Source: Chloroflexota bacterium (GTDB lineage Bacteria; Chloroflexota; Dehalococcoidia; UBA2979). From it: a stretch of DNA of 64,000 nt. Every line of letters starts with the position of its first letter. Within the stretch, counting starts at the first letter, position 1. Of the stretch, positions 47,274 through 56,971 are shown piece by piece. The translations under genes and the position numbers were made by a program. The notes beneath the pieces were generated by a model. The model had not been told where the DNA came from, did not search any database, and saw nothing but the letters and a program-made list of their open reading frames with translations. The stretch lies in assembly GCA_045863195.1 (NCBI GenBank), contig BTUI01000001.1, positions 395,453 to 459,452 on the forward strand, read 5' to 3'.

Positions 47274-47342
47274 CTGCGCCTCATCCCCTGGGGCCGGCCT
47301 GTCCTGCCGTCCCCGTCTGCCCCCGCCCGCGGTGAATCGTCC

Positions 47343-48101
47343 CTAGCGCCGGCCCAGACGGACGCGGATCGCGGCGAGCGCCTGACGCGCCGCCTCTTTC
47401 TCCGCCTCCTGCTTGGATCCGGCCCGCCCGACGCCAAGCGTCTCCCCGAGGAGGCGGACCTCCACCGTGAAGCGCCGGTCGTGTTCCGGGCCTTCCTGTG
47501 CCGTCAGCACGTAATCCGGCCGCCCGAACTCGTCCTGCGCCAGTTGCTGCAACGTCCCCTTCGGGTTCATGACCCCGGGGTCACGCTCCAGCGCATCGAA
47601 CTCGTCGCCCAAGGTGCGGGCGACGAACGCGCGCGCCGCCTCCAGACCCTGGTCCAGGTAGGTCGCGCCCACGATCGCCTCGTACGCGCGTTCCAGGTTG
47701 CCCTCGCGCTCACGTCCGCCGGTCTGTTCTTCGCCGCGCCCAAGGCGCAGCCACCGGCCGAGGTCGAGCAACCCCGTCGCCACGCGGGAGAGCGTGGGCC
47801 CGCAGACCAGGGCGGAGCGCCACTCCGTCAGGCGGCCTTCCTGCACGTGCGGGAAGCGCTCGTACAGCCGCTCCGCCACCACCATGCCGAGGACGGCGTC
47901 ACCGAGGAACTCCAGCCGCTCGTTGGTGGGCGACTCGTCCTCGGGGTGTTCGTTGCTGTAGGAGGGGTGGGTGAGCGCCGTGCGGAGCAGCGCCGGGTCG
48001 CGGAACTCCACCTGCAACACGGCGGCGAGCGCGCGCAACGAGGTGAGGTCGTCCGCGGGGGTGCCGGTGGCGCGCTCTTCCGTCACGGGGGTCACGCCCA
48101 C
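47343..48101 (-). CDS. rnc: Ribonuclease III
   Basis: 252 aa. RNase III signature ERLEFLGDAVLG. C-terminal dsRBD (GSKQEAEKEAARQAL). Confidence 0.85.
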   Translation of the reverse strand: MGVTPVTEERATGTPADDLTSLRALAAVLQVEFRDPALLRTALTHPSYSNEHPEDESPTNERLEFLGDAVLGMVVAERLYERFPHVQEGRLTEWRSALVCGPTLSRVATGLLDLGRWLRLGRGEEQTGGREREGNLERAYEAIVGATYLDQGLEAARAFVARTLGDEFDALERDPGVMNPKGTLQQLAQDEFGRPDYVLTAQEGPEHDRRFTVEVRLLGETLGVGRAGSKQEAEKEAARQALAAIRVRLGRR

Positions 48102-48213
48102 GCCTCTCCGGTCGCACGCGCGGGTACGGCGCGTACGATGTCAGCCCGGAAGAAGGCTGGAGATTCTGGGGAGAATCTCCCGGGTCGAGGCATCGTAGGA
48201 AGCCCCCGAATCA

Positions 48214-49455
48214 GTGTCAATATCTGATCACCTGCTTACTCGCCCTACCCTGAAAGCGCTCCGCGACGCCCTCGACCCCGCTGCGCGACGCCTCCTGCGC
48301 GCCGTCGAGGCGGCCTCGGAGGCCCTCGGCGTGGAGGCGTACGCGGTGGGCGGCGTCGTCCGCGATGTCGCCATCGGCCGGCCGGTGCACGACCTGGACG
48401 TGGCGATCGCCGCCGGCCCCGGTCCGTTCGTGCAGGCGGTCGCGGCGGCGCTCCACGACCCCACCGCATCCATCGAGGTGACGGACCGCTTCGGCACCGC
48501 CTCCGTGACCGGCGGCGGGATGCGGCTGGACCTCGCCCGGCTGCGCACCGAGCATTATGTCTCACCAGGCGCCCTGCCGGTGGTGCGCGCCACCGCGCGC
48601 ATCGAGGTGGACCTGGAGCGGCGCGACTTCTCCGTGAACGCGATCGCGCTCGGCCTCGGTGGCCCCCGGCGCGGCGAGGTGGTCGACCCGCACGGCGGCC
48701 TGGCCGACCTCGCGACGCGCACGCTGCGCGTGCTCCACGATCGCTCCTTCGAGGACGACGCGACCCGCCTCTACCGCGGTGCGCGCACCGCCGCCCTCTT
48801 CGACCTCCGACCGGACGCAGAGACGGCCGCGCTGATCGCCGAGGGTGGGCGGTGGCTCACGCCGGTCTCCGGCGAGCGGCTGCGCGCCGAGTGGGCCACC
48901 ACCGCCCGACGCGGACGCGCCGGCCGCACGCTGGCGCTGCTCGACGCGTGGGGCGTGCTGAGGGCCACCCACCCCTCGCTCTACCTCCACCCCCACGCGC
49001 GGCGCGCCCTGGCGCGCCGGCGGGGTGCGATCGCCCCGGAGGTGCTCGCCGGCGTGGTCCTCGCCCCCCTCCTTGGCCGCGCCGCCGTCCTCGACCGCCT
49101 CGCGGCGCCTCGGGAGTGGCGGCTCGCCGCGGACGGCGCGGCGGCGCTGCTCGACGCGACGGACCCCACGCCCGAGGCGCTCGAGCGCCTCGCCGGCACG
49201 AGCGCGGCTGCCCGCACGGCGGCGGCCTGGCTCGACCCGGAGCGCCAGCGTGCCCTGCAGCGCGACCTGCGCCGGTGGGAGCGGACGCGGCCGCCGCTCA
49301 CGGCGGAGGCGCTGCTCCGCCTCGGTGTCGCGCGCGGCCCGGCGCTGGGCGCGGCGCTCGCGGAGTTGCGCCGTGCGCGCTTCCTCGGCACGCTGGGGAG
49401 CGCTGCGGAGGCGCGTGCCGAGATCCGGCGGCGCATCGCGCGCGAGGGAGGCTGA
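48214..49455 (+). CDS. tRNA nucleotidyltransferase (CCA-adding enzyme) / poly(A) polymerase head-domain family
   Basis: 413 aa. Pol-beta nucleotidyltransferase motif (GGVVRDVAIGRPVHDLDVA). RRDFSVNAIA motif typical of class II CCA enzymes. Confidence 0.7.
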   Translation: MSISDHLLTRPTLKALRDALDPAARRLLRAVEAASEALGVEAYAVGGVVRDVAIGRPVHDLDVAIAAGPGPFVQAVAAALHDPTASIEVTDRFGTASVTGGGMRLDLARLRTEHYVSPGALPVVRATARIEVDLERRDFSVNAIALGLGGPRRGEVVDPHGGLADLATRTLRVLHDRSFEDDATRLYRGARTAALFDLRPDAETAALIAEGGRWLTPVSGERLRAEWATTARRGRAGRTLALLDAWGVLRATHPSLYLHPHARRALARRRGAIAPEVLAGVVLAPLLGRAAVLDRLAAPREWRLAADGAAALLDATDPTPEALERLAGTSAAARTAAAWLDPERQRALQRDLRRWERTRPPLTAEALLRLGVARGPALGAALAELRRARFLGTLGSAAEARAEIRRRIAREGG

Positions 49456-49458
49456 CCG

Positions 49459-49809
49459 ATGGCGTTCGAGACGAACTGCTACGTCTGCGGCGGGGCGGTC
49501 GATGACCCGGGCCTGCTCTCCGAGTGCTTCGGGTGCAACCGCTGGTTCCACCTCCGTCGCCGCATGGACCAGCCCGGCACCGACTGCGGCGACGCCGTGA
49601 TCGGGGAGTCGCTGGGCGCGGAGACCTACTGCAACCCCTGCCTGGAGAAGGCGGAGCGCGACGCCGCCGCCTCGATGACGCGAGAGGACCGCGCGCTGGC
49701 GATGGCGCGCTTCATGGCCGGCGACCAGGCGCCGCGTCCCGCGGTGGACGTGCCGCCGCCGCCCCCGGCCGGGCCTCGCCGCTTCCGCCGCGTGGAGGAC
49801 GCCGGGTGA
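49459..49809 (+). CDS. Small Cys-rich zinc-finger protein (C4HC3, PHD/RING-like spacing)
   Basis: 116 aa. Spacing: Cx2C-x12-Cx2C-x4-H-x10-C-x15-Cx2C. Starts 4 nt after the CCA-enzyme stop. Confidence 0.45.
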   Translation: MAFETNCYVCGGAVDDPGLLSECFGCNRWFHLRRRMDQPGTDCGDAVIGESLGAETYCNPCLEKAERDAAASMTREDRALAMARFMAGDQAPRPAVDVPPPPPAGPRRFRRVEDAG

Positions 49810-50162
49810 GCCGTGACCGCGCCGCGCGACGCGAACGCGCACGCCGCCCCGCAGCGGCCAGCGCGAAGCCGGTCGCACCTGTTGCACGCGCCGCGGGCGG
49901 GCCGCCCCAGCAGCCCGCGCCGGTCCGGCGGTACCTGTTCCTGTTCTTCTCCGGCCTGCTGATCGGCCGGGTCGCCTCCGAGTCATTCCCGACCGGGGTC
50001 GTCGACACGATCGACCTGATGATGGTGGCCGGGCTCGCCCTCACCGCGGCGCTGTCCTGGCGCGCGTGGGCACGCCGGGCCGTGGAGGCACGCCGGCGCG
50101 AGCAACTGGTGCGCCGCCGCGCGCAGCAGGCCGCGGCTGCCGAGGACACCGAAGAGTCCTAG
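49806..50162 (+). CDS. Hypothetical small membrane protein, translationally coupled (GTGA) to the Cys-rich protein
   Basis: GTG at 49806 overlaps the TGA of the upstream gene. Basic N-terminus, then a TM helix (YLFLFFSGLLIGRVA ... LMMVAGLALTAALSW). The longer track ORF (49524..) is in the same frame but begins inside the upstream gene. Confidence 0.3.
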   Translation: MSRDRAARRERARRPAAASAKPVAPVARAAGGPPQQPAPVRRYLFLFFSGLLIGRVASESFPTGVVDTIDLMMVAGLALTAALSWRAWARRAVEARRREQLVRRRAQQAAAAEDTEES

Positions 50163-50650
50163 CGCACCCGGATGCGACCGAACCAGGTCGCATCGCCCGA
50201 GTCGTCCGGCCGCTCGTCCTCGGGCAGCGGCACGAAGCCGGTGCGCAGCATGAAGTAGAGGCCGCGACCGTTCGTGCGCGGCACCCGCGCGAGCAGCGGC
50301 GACTGCCCCTCCGCCGCGAGTTTCCGCTCGGCCACCAGGATCGCCTTCGTCGCCGTCGCCCGGCCTCGGCGCGCGGGGGCGATGGCGACGGCGAGGAGCG
50401 CCGCCGTCCCGCGCCGCGGGCAGTCGCGACGGACCACCGCGACGCCCATCGTCGTGCCGCCCTCGCGCACCAGGTACCACTCCGCCTCCGCGGGAAACGG
50501 TGGGAGGTCGACCGGCGCGCCGCGTTCGATGCCGTCCTGCAGCGCGCGCGCCAGCCCGGCATCGGCGAGCGCCTCCGCCGCCTCGACGCGCGCGAGCGTG
50601 AGGCCGAGGCCACGCGCCCACGCGCCGGCGCGAGCCGTCATCGCAGCCAT
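50159..50650 (-). CDS. GNAT-family N-acetyltransferase
   Basis: 163 aa with an acetyl-CoA binding A-motif region (VAIAPARRGRATATKAI). Overlaps the dinG start region. Confidence 0.65.
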   Translation of the reverse strand: MAAMTARAGAWARGLGLTLARVEAAEALADAGLARALQDGIERGAPVDLPPFPAEAEWYLVREGGTTMGVAVVRRDCPRRGTAALLAVAIAPARRGRATATKAILVAERKLAAEGQSPLLARVPRTNGRGLYFMLRTGFVPLPEDERPDDSGDATWFGRIRVR

Positions 50651-53445
50651 GCGGCCACCGCCGCCGGGATGTCATCGGCGCGCATCGGGCGCACCTCGCA
50701 GTCCGGCAGGCCGTCGAGGAAGAGCGAGCCGTACTGCCGCCGCACGATGCGGCTGTCGAGCACGACGAAGGCGCCGCGGTCGGTGGTGCTACGGATCAGC
50801 CGCCCGAAGCCCTGGCGGAAGCGCAGGACGGACTGCGGCAGCGCGAACTCCTGGAACGGGTCGTCGTACTGCTCGGCACGGCCCTCGTACACCGGGTCGT
50901 TCGGCACGGGGAACGGCAGCCGCGCGATCACGATCTGCGAGAGCGCGTCCCCGCGCACGTCCACACCCTCCCAGAACGCAGCGGTGCCGAGGATCACCGA
51001 GCGGGGCCGCTCCATCAGCAGCCGCAGCAGGCGCGAGGGCGATCCGTCCACGCCCTGCGCCAGCACCAGCACGTCGTCCTCCGCGAGGCGGTCCCGCAGC
51101 GCGAGATTGGCGGCGCGCACCGCGGCGTGCGAGGTGAAGAGCACGAGCGTCCGCCCGCCGGCCGCGCGGATCACCTCGGCGAGCGTGTCGTGGAGCGAGG
51201 AGTCGTAGGCCGGCATCCCGGGCTCCGGCAGGTCGTTCGCCAGCAGCGCCGTGACGGCGCGCCGGTAGTCGAACGGCGACGGCAGCATCACCGTCTCCGG
51301 CTCCACGAGGCCGAGGCGCGCCGCGGCGAAGTCGAACGACCCGGCGGCCTGCAGCGTGGCGCTCGTCGCCAGCACGGACTCGCGTCCCGCGTAGAGGTCC
51401 TGGCCCAGCCGCCCTGCCACGTCGCGCGGGGCCCGGCTGAGGCGGAGTTCGCCCTCGGTGCGGGTGACCCAGGCGATCTCGGAGCGGTCGGGGCGCAGAA
51501 TCACGCGGCGCAGCGTCTCGCGCGCGGCGGTCAGCGCCTCCAGGTGGCGGTACGTCTCCGCGCGCAGCCCCTCGACGTCCACGCCCGCGTCCTCGGGCAT
51601 CGCGTCGACGGTCTCGCGCAGCCCGGTGACGCGCTCGCCGAGGACGTGCAGGCCGAGGTCGAGGTTGAGCGCGGCCTGCTCCACTTCCTCCCATGACCCC
51701 TGCGACCGCCGCCCCGCCGTCAGCGAGAGGTCCACGCGGCCGCCCGGCCCCTCGTGCACCTCGTCGATGAAGAGGCGCAGGGCGTCCTGCAGGTGGCGGA
51801 CGTGGTCGCGCGTTGCCTGCACGCCGGTCTCCAGCGCCCTCGCAATCGGCGCGAGGCCGGCCGCCGGGGAGAGCGCAGCGCCCCCCATCCCCACCGCCGC
51901 GAGGCGTCGCGCAAGGCCGGGCACGCCATGGCGCTCGCCCGTCCCCAGCGCCTCCACCAGGTCGCGCGCCTCCCGCATCGAGAGGCTCGCGCCGTAGTGC
52001 TGCGTCGCCACGTCCTCCAGCCGGTGCGCCTCGTCGATCACGAGGTGGCGGAACGGCGGCAGCACCTGGTCGCCCCGCGCGGCATTCGCGAGCAGGAGCG
52101 AGTGGTTCACGATGACGAGGTGCGCAGCGGCGGCGCGCTGGCGCGCGCGCAGCAGGAAGCACGACCCGTCACGCACGTATGCGCAGCGGCGGGCAAGACA
52201 GTCCGTGTCCTCCGCCGAGATCTGCGGCCACCACGGCTGCTCCTGCGACGTCATGTACAACTCGGCCAGGTCGCCCGTCTCTGTGGCCGGCAGCCAGGCA
52301 GCCACGCGCGCGAACAGCCGCGCCTCCGCCTCGCTGCGCGAAGACGGGTCGAGGCGTACCTGCGCCCACCGCTCCAGGCAGAGGTAGTTGCCACGACCCT
52401 TCACCACCGCCACGCGGAGCGCACCGGGCGCGGCCTCCGCGGCCTCCACCAGCGCGACGGCCGCCGGGGCGTCCTTGCCTGCCAGCTGGTCCTGCAGGTT
52501 CAGGGTGTGCGTACTCACCACCACGCGGTCATCGTTCCGCAGCGCATGCATCAGCGACGGCACGAGGTACGCGAGCGACTTCCCGGTGCCTGTCCCCGCC
52601 TCAACCAGCAGGTGGCCGCCGCGCCCGAGGTGCGCGGCCACGCGGCGCGCCATCTCCTCCTGCGCCGCTCGACGCTCGTACCCCTCGAACAGGTCGGGAC
52701 GCGCTGCGGCCAGGGCGAAGACGTCGGATACCTCCTCCGGCGCGACCGGCGTGCGCTGCTCCTTCGGCACCAGCGGCACGAACGCGCGGCGCACCGGCGG
52801 CAGCGGAAGCGCGGCGATGATCGCGGCCGCCTCCGCGGCATCGATCGTGCCGCCGCCGGAGCGCGCGAGGGCATCCTCGATCAGCGTGCCGACACCCCAG
52901 CGGGCACGCTGCGCGAAGGTGTGCAGTTCCACCAGCAGCGAGCGCGGCATCGCCTCCATGCGTCCGAGGAGCGCGAGGAAGATGTCCCGGGTCGCCTCCG
53001 CGTCCGCCAGGGCGCGGTGACTCACGGGCATGTGCACGCCGAGCAGCCCGGCGATCGCGCCGAGGTTCAGGCGGCCGGCCGTAGGCAGCAGCACGGAGGC
53101 GAGTTCCCACGTGTCGTAGGACGGCCCGGGCGGCGTGACCTGCTCCGCCTGCAGGAACGCGAGGTCGAACGCGATGTTCTGGCCGACGATCGCGCGGTCG
53201 CCGATGAAGTCGACCAGCGCGTCGCGTACCTCGATGAATCGGGGTGCGCCGACCAGGTCGCTGTCCGCGATCCCGGTGAGGTCCTGTACCTCCCGCGGGA
53301 TGGAGCGGCCGGGGTCGACGAAGGTGCGGAAGTTCTCGAACGTGCCGGAACGGTCGAAGCGGGTCGCCCCGATCTCGATGATCCGGTCAGCCTCCGACGA
53401 GAGTCCGGTGGTCTCGAGGTCGAGGGCGACGAACCGATCGGGCAT
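50638..53445 (-). CDS. dinG: Bifunctional DnaQ-like 3'-5' exonuclease / DinG-family ATP-dependent DNA helicase
   Basis: 935 aa. N-terminal DEDDh exonuclease (ALDLETTGL ... H-x4-D). Then helicase motifs (EAGTGTGKSLAYL, DEAH, C-terminal motif VI). Confidence 0.85.
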   Translation of the reverse strand: MPDRFVALDLETTGLSSEADRIIEIGATRFDRSGTFENFRTFVDPGRSIPREVQDLTGIADSDLVGAPRFIEVRDALVDFIGDRAIVGQNIAFDLAFLQAEQVTPPGPSYDTWELASVLLPTAGRLNLGAIAGLLGVHMPVSHRALADAEATRDIFLALLGRMEAMPRSLLVELHTFAQRARWGVGTLIEDALARSGGGTIDAAEAAAIIAALPLPPVRRAFVPLVPKEQRTPVAPEEVSDVFALAAARPDLFEGYERRAAQEEMARRVAAHLGRGGHLLVEAGTGTGKSLAYLVPSLMHALRNDDRVVVSTHTLNLQDQLAGKDAPAAVALVEAAEAAPGALRVAVVKGRGNYLCLERWAQVRLDPSSRSEAEARLFARVAAWLPATETGDLAELYMTSQEQPWWPQISAEDTDCLARRCAYVRDGSCFLLRARQRAAAAHLVIVNHSLLLANAARGDQVLPPFRHLVIDEAHRLEDVATQHYGASLSMREARDLVEALGTGERHGVPGLARRLAAVGMGGAALSPAAGLAPIARALETGVQATRDHVRHLQDALRLFIDEVHEGPGGRVDLSLTAGRRSQGSWEEVEQAALNLDLGLHVLGERVTGLRETVDAMPEDAGVDVEGLRAETYRHLEALTAARETLRRVILRPDRSEIAWVTRTEGELRLSRAPRDVAGRLGQDLYAGRESVLATSATLQAAGSFDFAAARLGLVEPETVMLPSPFDYRRAVTALLANDLPEPGMPAYDSSLHDTLAEVIRAAGGRTLVLFTSHAAVRAANLALRDRLAEDDVLVLAQGVDGSPSRLLRLLMERPRSVILGTAAFWEGVDVRGDALSQIVIARLPFPVPNDPVYEGRAEQYDDPFQEFALPQSVLRFRQGFGRLIRSTTDRGAFVVLDSRIVRRQYGSLFLDGLPDCEVRPMRADDIPAAVAAWLR

Positions 53446-53478
53446 GTCGCCCGCCTTCAGGCGCGGCCGGCCGCCGCG

Positions 53479-54177
53479 CTAGTCCTCGCCGCGTTGCGCG
53501 GGGTCGAGCGAGTCCGGGGTGAAGGCGACCCAGCGGCCCTCGCGGGTCTTGTGCACCGCCTCGAAGCGTCCCGCGTGGAGTTCCTCCAGGAACTGCTCCG
53601 GTGACGTCACCTCGTTCGCGAAGCCGGTGGCGAAGGCGCCGATCCCGCTCGTGGAGTGCCCGTCCGAACCGCCGGTGCCGGGGAGCCCCAGGATGCGCGC
53701 GACCTCCAGCGCGAAGTCGTTCTCCTTCGGCGTGTTGGAGCCGTTGCCGACCTCGATCGCGTGGACGAACTTGAAGACCGGCATCCGCTCCGCGGCTTCC
53801 TCCGGCGTGAGTTCGAACTTCTGGCCGGTGCGCATCGCCGTCACCGGGTCGAAGAGCCGGCGGAACGGGTGGGCGACGATCAGGAAGCCGCCGATCTTGT
53901 CCAGTTCCTCGCGCAGTTTCGCGACGCGGCGGATGCCGGGGAGGTAGGTCGTCAGGCCCACGGCGAGCATGTGGCCCATGTCCGTGGAGACTTCCATGCC
54001 GAAGTTGATGAACTGGCCCGGGTACTGGTCACGGATCGCGCGCTGCTGGTGCGACTCCAGCACCTTGTCGTGCTCGGTCAGGTTCACACCCGTGAGCCCG
54101 GTCTCCTTCGCGATCTTCATCAGATCGGGGATCTCAAGCATCGAGTCGGACGAGGTGGGGTTGGTGTGGATGTGCAT
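53479..54177 (-). CDS. PHP (polymerase/histidinol phosphatase) domain metal-dependent phosphoesterase
   Basis: ATG at 54177 gives MHIHTNPTSSDS..., a typical PHP N-terminus, and 232 aa. Later His/Asp metal ligands (TEHD, VAHPFR, GSDGHS). The 45-codon upstream extension in the track ORF is unlikely. Confidence 0.6.
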   Translation of the reverse strand: MHIHTNPTSSDSMLEIPDLMKIAKETGLTGVNLTEHDKVLESHQQRAIRDQYPGQFINFGMEVSTDMGHMLAVGLTTYLPGIRRVAKLREELDKIGGFLIVAHPFRRLFDPVTAMRTGQKFELTPEEAAERMPVFKFVHAIEVGNGSNTPKENDFALEVARILGLPGTGGSDGHSTSGIGAFATGFANEVTSPEQFLEELHAGRFEAVHKTREGRWVAFTPDSLDPAQRGED

Positions 54178-54337
54178 CTCGATCAACGAGCGCTGCAGAC
54201 CGTCGCGGATGTCCAGGGGGCCCTCCACTCCCGGCGAGTGCTGGATCGAGCGTGCACCCCTCCGGCGCACGGTCAGGCCGGTAGGATACGTGCCGATCGC
54301 GCATCCGGCCACCCCACCGACGCCCGTCGCGCGAGGC

Positions 54338-54742
54338 CTATCGGCGCTCCGCCAGCACCGGCAGTAGCCCGCCGAGGCAGGCGGCGAGGATCGCGAGGCT
54401 GATGAGCACGGCCGGCGCCTCCCCCGTCCGCACCCGGCCGCGAACGATGACGTACGCCGCCGCGAGTACCGCCAGGCTCCCGAGCATGCCGATGACGAAC
54501 GGCCGCCCGCCGGAGGCGTGGTAGATCGCCCCGAGCACCAGTCCGATCAGCGTGAGCGAGATGCTGAGGCCGTTCAGGAACAGGATGACCAGGACCGGCA
54601 GCCGCGAGCGCCCCTGGAAGCGCGCTGCGGGGCCCGGGCGCGCGGCCCAGATCACGAGCACGGGCGTGATGAACATGGCGGCGGCCGCGCCGGAGATCCA
54701 CCCCGCCACCAGCGGACGCAGCAGTTCCTCGTCCGGGATCAC
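54338..54742 (-). CDS. Hypothetical membrane protein (4 TM)
   Basis: 134-aa ORF. Its start overlaps the ispE stop by 4 nt. Hydrophobic helices throughout. Confidence 0.4.
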   Translation of the reverse strand: MIPDEELLRPLVAGWISGAAAAMFITPVLVIWAARPGPAARFQGRSRLPVLVILFLNGLSISLTLIGLVLGAIYHASGGRPFVIGMLGSLAVLAAAYVIVRGRVRTGEAPAVLISLAILAACLGGLLPVLAERR

Positions 54743-55665
54743 GGGCCCGTGATCTCCTCGACCGCGGTCGCCGCCGCGCGGCCGAGCGTGCGGGCCTCGA
54801 AGACGGCCGCGCCCTGCGCGCGGAAGTCACGGCGCAGTTCGGACACCTTCGCGTCCTTCAGGATGAGCATGAACACGGACGGCCCCGCCCCGCAGAGGTG
54901 CATGCGGGGTGCGCCAGCCGCGGTGTAGCGCGCGTAGTGCGCCACCAGTTCCGGCTCCGTGCGCTCCACGACCGCCTCGAACACGTTCGCCAGGTCGGAG
55001 GTGGGCGGCGGCGCCTTCCGTGCGATGCGTGCGGCGAGGCGGCGCGCGCGCAGGCCGTCCGTGAACTCGTGCGGGTGGAGGGCGGCGTAACGTCGCGCGG
55101 TCTTGCCGGGCGCCGAGGGCACCGGTGGCGTGAGGATGAGCATGCGCAGCGGCGTCACGTCGCGGAGCGGCTCCACGCGCTCGCCTCGGCCGGTGCAGAA
55201 GGCGGTACCGCCGTGCAGGAAGAACGGCACGTCCGAGCCGAGCGTCGCGGCGACCGCCTCGAGCCGCTCGACCGGCCAGTCGAGCCGCCACAGCCGCTGC
55301 AGCCCTCGGATCACCGCCGCGGCGTCCGAGGAGCCGCCGCCGAGGCCACCGGGCGAGGGGATGCGCTTCTCGACGCGGATCGCCAGGTCGGGGTCACGGC
55401 CGGCGGCCTCCGCCACGCGGATCGCGGCACGGCGCGCGAGGTCGGATTCGGGATCGATCCCGGCGGCGTAGTCGCCGGTCAGCGTGACGCTGAGGCTGCT
55501 CCCGGCCGGGCGCGCCTCGATCTCCACGCGGTCGGCCAGGTCCACCGTGGTCATCACCGTGGCGACTTCGTGGTAGCCGTCCTGGCGCTTCCGCAGCACC
55601 TCCAGCGCGAGGTTGATCTTCGCCGGTGCGATGAGCCGGACGGCCCGCGGCGCGTCAGCGGACAT
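54739..55665 (-). CDS. ispE: 4-diphosphocytidyl-2-C-methyl-D-erythritol kinase
   Basis: ATG at 55665 (MSADAPRAVRLIAPAKINLALEVL...) gives 308 aa. GHMP kinase motif PSPGGLGGGSSDAAA. The upstream Ser/Arg-rich part of the track ORF is an artefact. Confidence 0.8.
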   Translation of the reverse strand: MSADAPRAVRLIAPAKINLALEVLRKRQDGYHEVATVMTTVDLADRVEIEARPAGSSLSVTLTGDYAAGIDPESDLARRAAIRVAEAAGRDPDLAIRVEKRIPSPGGLGGGSSDAAAVIRGLQRLWRLDWPVERLEAVAATLGSDVPFFLHGGTAFCTGRGERVEPLRDVTPLRMLILTPPVPSAPGKTARRYAALHPHEFTDGLRARRLAARIARKAPPPTSDLANVFEAVVERTEPELVAHYARYTAAGAPRMHLCGAGPSVFMLILKDAKVSELRRDFRAQGAAVFEARTLGRAAATAVEEITGP

Positions 55666-56605
55666 CGAGCGCGTCCGGGAAGGCGGCGATAAAGGCGCGG
55701 AAGAGCCGCCCCCAGTCCTCCAGCGAGAGATGCTGCGGGCGCGCCGCCGGGTCGATGCCGGAGGCGGCGAGGAGATCGAGGATCGCCCCGCGCTCGTATC
55801 CGCTCTCCTCGACGAGGATGTTGTGGAGTTGCTTGCGCGGCTGCGCGAAACCCGCGCGCACGAGGTGGAAGAACGGCTCGATGGTCTCGGGCGTGAGACC
55901 GATCGCCGGCTCCGCCAGCCGGTCGATGGCGACGACCGCGGACTGCACCTTCGGCGGCGGCCAGAAGGCAATGGCGGGGACATCGAACAGGTAGCGGGGT
56001 TCGCCGTAGACCTTGATCGAGATCGAGAGCAACGACTCCTTGCCGGGGCCGCCGACCATGCGCTGCGCGACCTCGCGCTGCACGAGGACGACGATGTGCT
56101 CCGGCGCGGGGTCGCTCTCCAGCAGTTTCCGGACGATCGGCTGGGTGATGTAGTACGGCAGGTTGCCGACGGCGATGAACGGCGGCTGCGCGCCGCCCTC
56201 GGCGAGGAGTTCGACCGGCTCGAAGTCGAGCACGTCCGCGTTCACCACGGTCAGGCCGGGATACTCGGGCGACAGCCGCGCGCGGGTGAGCGCCGAGAGA
56301 TCCTCGTCGATCTCGACGGCGACGACGGTGTCGGCGCGCGCGACGAGTTCCTGCGTCAGCACGCCCGGCCCCGCGCCGATCTCCAGGACGGGGACGGCGC
56401 GGTCACGCACCGCCGCGGCGGCGATGTCCGCGAGCAGCATCTCGTCCACGAGGAAATGCTGGCCCAGCGACTTGCGCGGGCGGAGCCCCAGTTTCCGGAG
56501 GAACACCGGCGCCTCGCCCGGCCCGGCGTCCCGGGCGGGCCTCGACGCCTTCGAGGACTTCGAGGACTTCGACGAGGAGCGTCGCTGCGGCTGGCCGGGG
56601 CTCAT
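55655..56605 (-). CDS. rsmA: 16S rRNA (adenine1518-N6/adenine1519-N6)-dimethyltransferase RsmA/KsgA
   Basis: ATG at 56605. N-terminal Ser/Lys-rich tail, then KSLGQHFL and SAM motif VLEIGAGPGVLT. Classic ksgA-ispE adjacency. Confidence 0.8.
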   Translation of the reverse strand: MSPGQPQRRSSSKSSKSSKASRPARDAGPGEAPVFLRKLGLRPRKSLGQHFLVDEMLLADIAAAAVRDRAVPVLEIGAGPGVLTQELVARADTVVAVEIDEDLSALTRARLSPEYPGLTVVNADVLDFEPVELLAEGGAQPPFIAVGNLPYYITQPIVRKLLESDPAPEHIVVLVQREVAQRMVGGPGKESLLSISIKVYGEPRYLFDVPAIAFWPPPKVQSAVVAIDRLAEPAIGLTPETIEPFFHLVRAGFAQPRKQLHNILVEESGYERGAILDLLAASGIDPAARPQHLSLEDWGRLFRAFIAAFPDALDVR

Positions 56606-56971
56606 GGGTGTCCCCCGGTGTGATGGCGTCGTGAGACGCCGGATAGCGGTAGAGGTGGGGTGGCCGTGCCCCGCCGTCGTTCGGCCCTGCCGGCTTACTC
56701 GCGCTGGCCTGCTCAAACCCGGCGACCCCGTGGCACCCAGCACGTTCGGCTTACCGTTGCTGCCTTCCGGCCCTGGCGGGGTTCACCGGGTGCTGCCGCA
56801 CAGGACCAGGCTCTCAACGCCGCCTGGCGTCCGCAGTCCCTTCAGTGTCGATCTCGGACGGGCATTCAGCCCCGCTCAAGCGGATTGCGGGTACAGGGCA
56901 CCGCTAACTCCCCGCCTAGCACGACCACGTCGATCGTAGCAGCGGCCCTCGGGAGGCGCGAACCGCTCGGC

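Noticed and set aside
56606-56971. RNase P RNA, SRP RNA or tmRNA in the long fabV-rsmA intergenic region
   Set aside because: The region was searched on both strands for the invariant motifs: GGAAAGUCCGG and AGGGCAGG for RNase P, GGUCCGGAAGGAAGCAGC with GNRA loop for SRP, and the T-arm UUCGA plus CCACCA for tmRNA. None is present. The region is kept only as an unexplained structured region.
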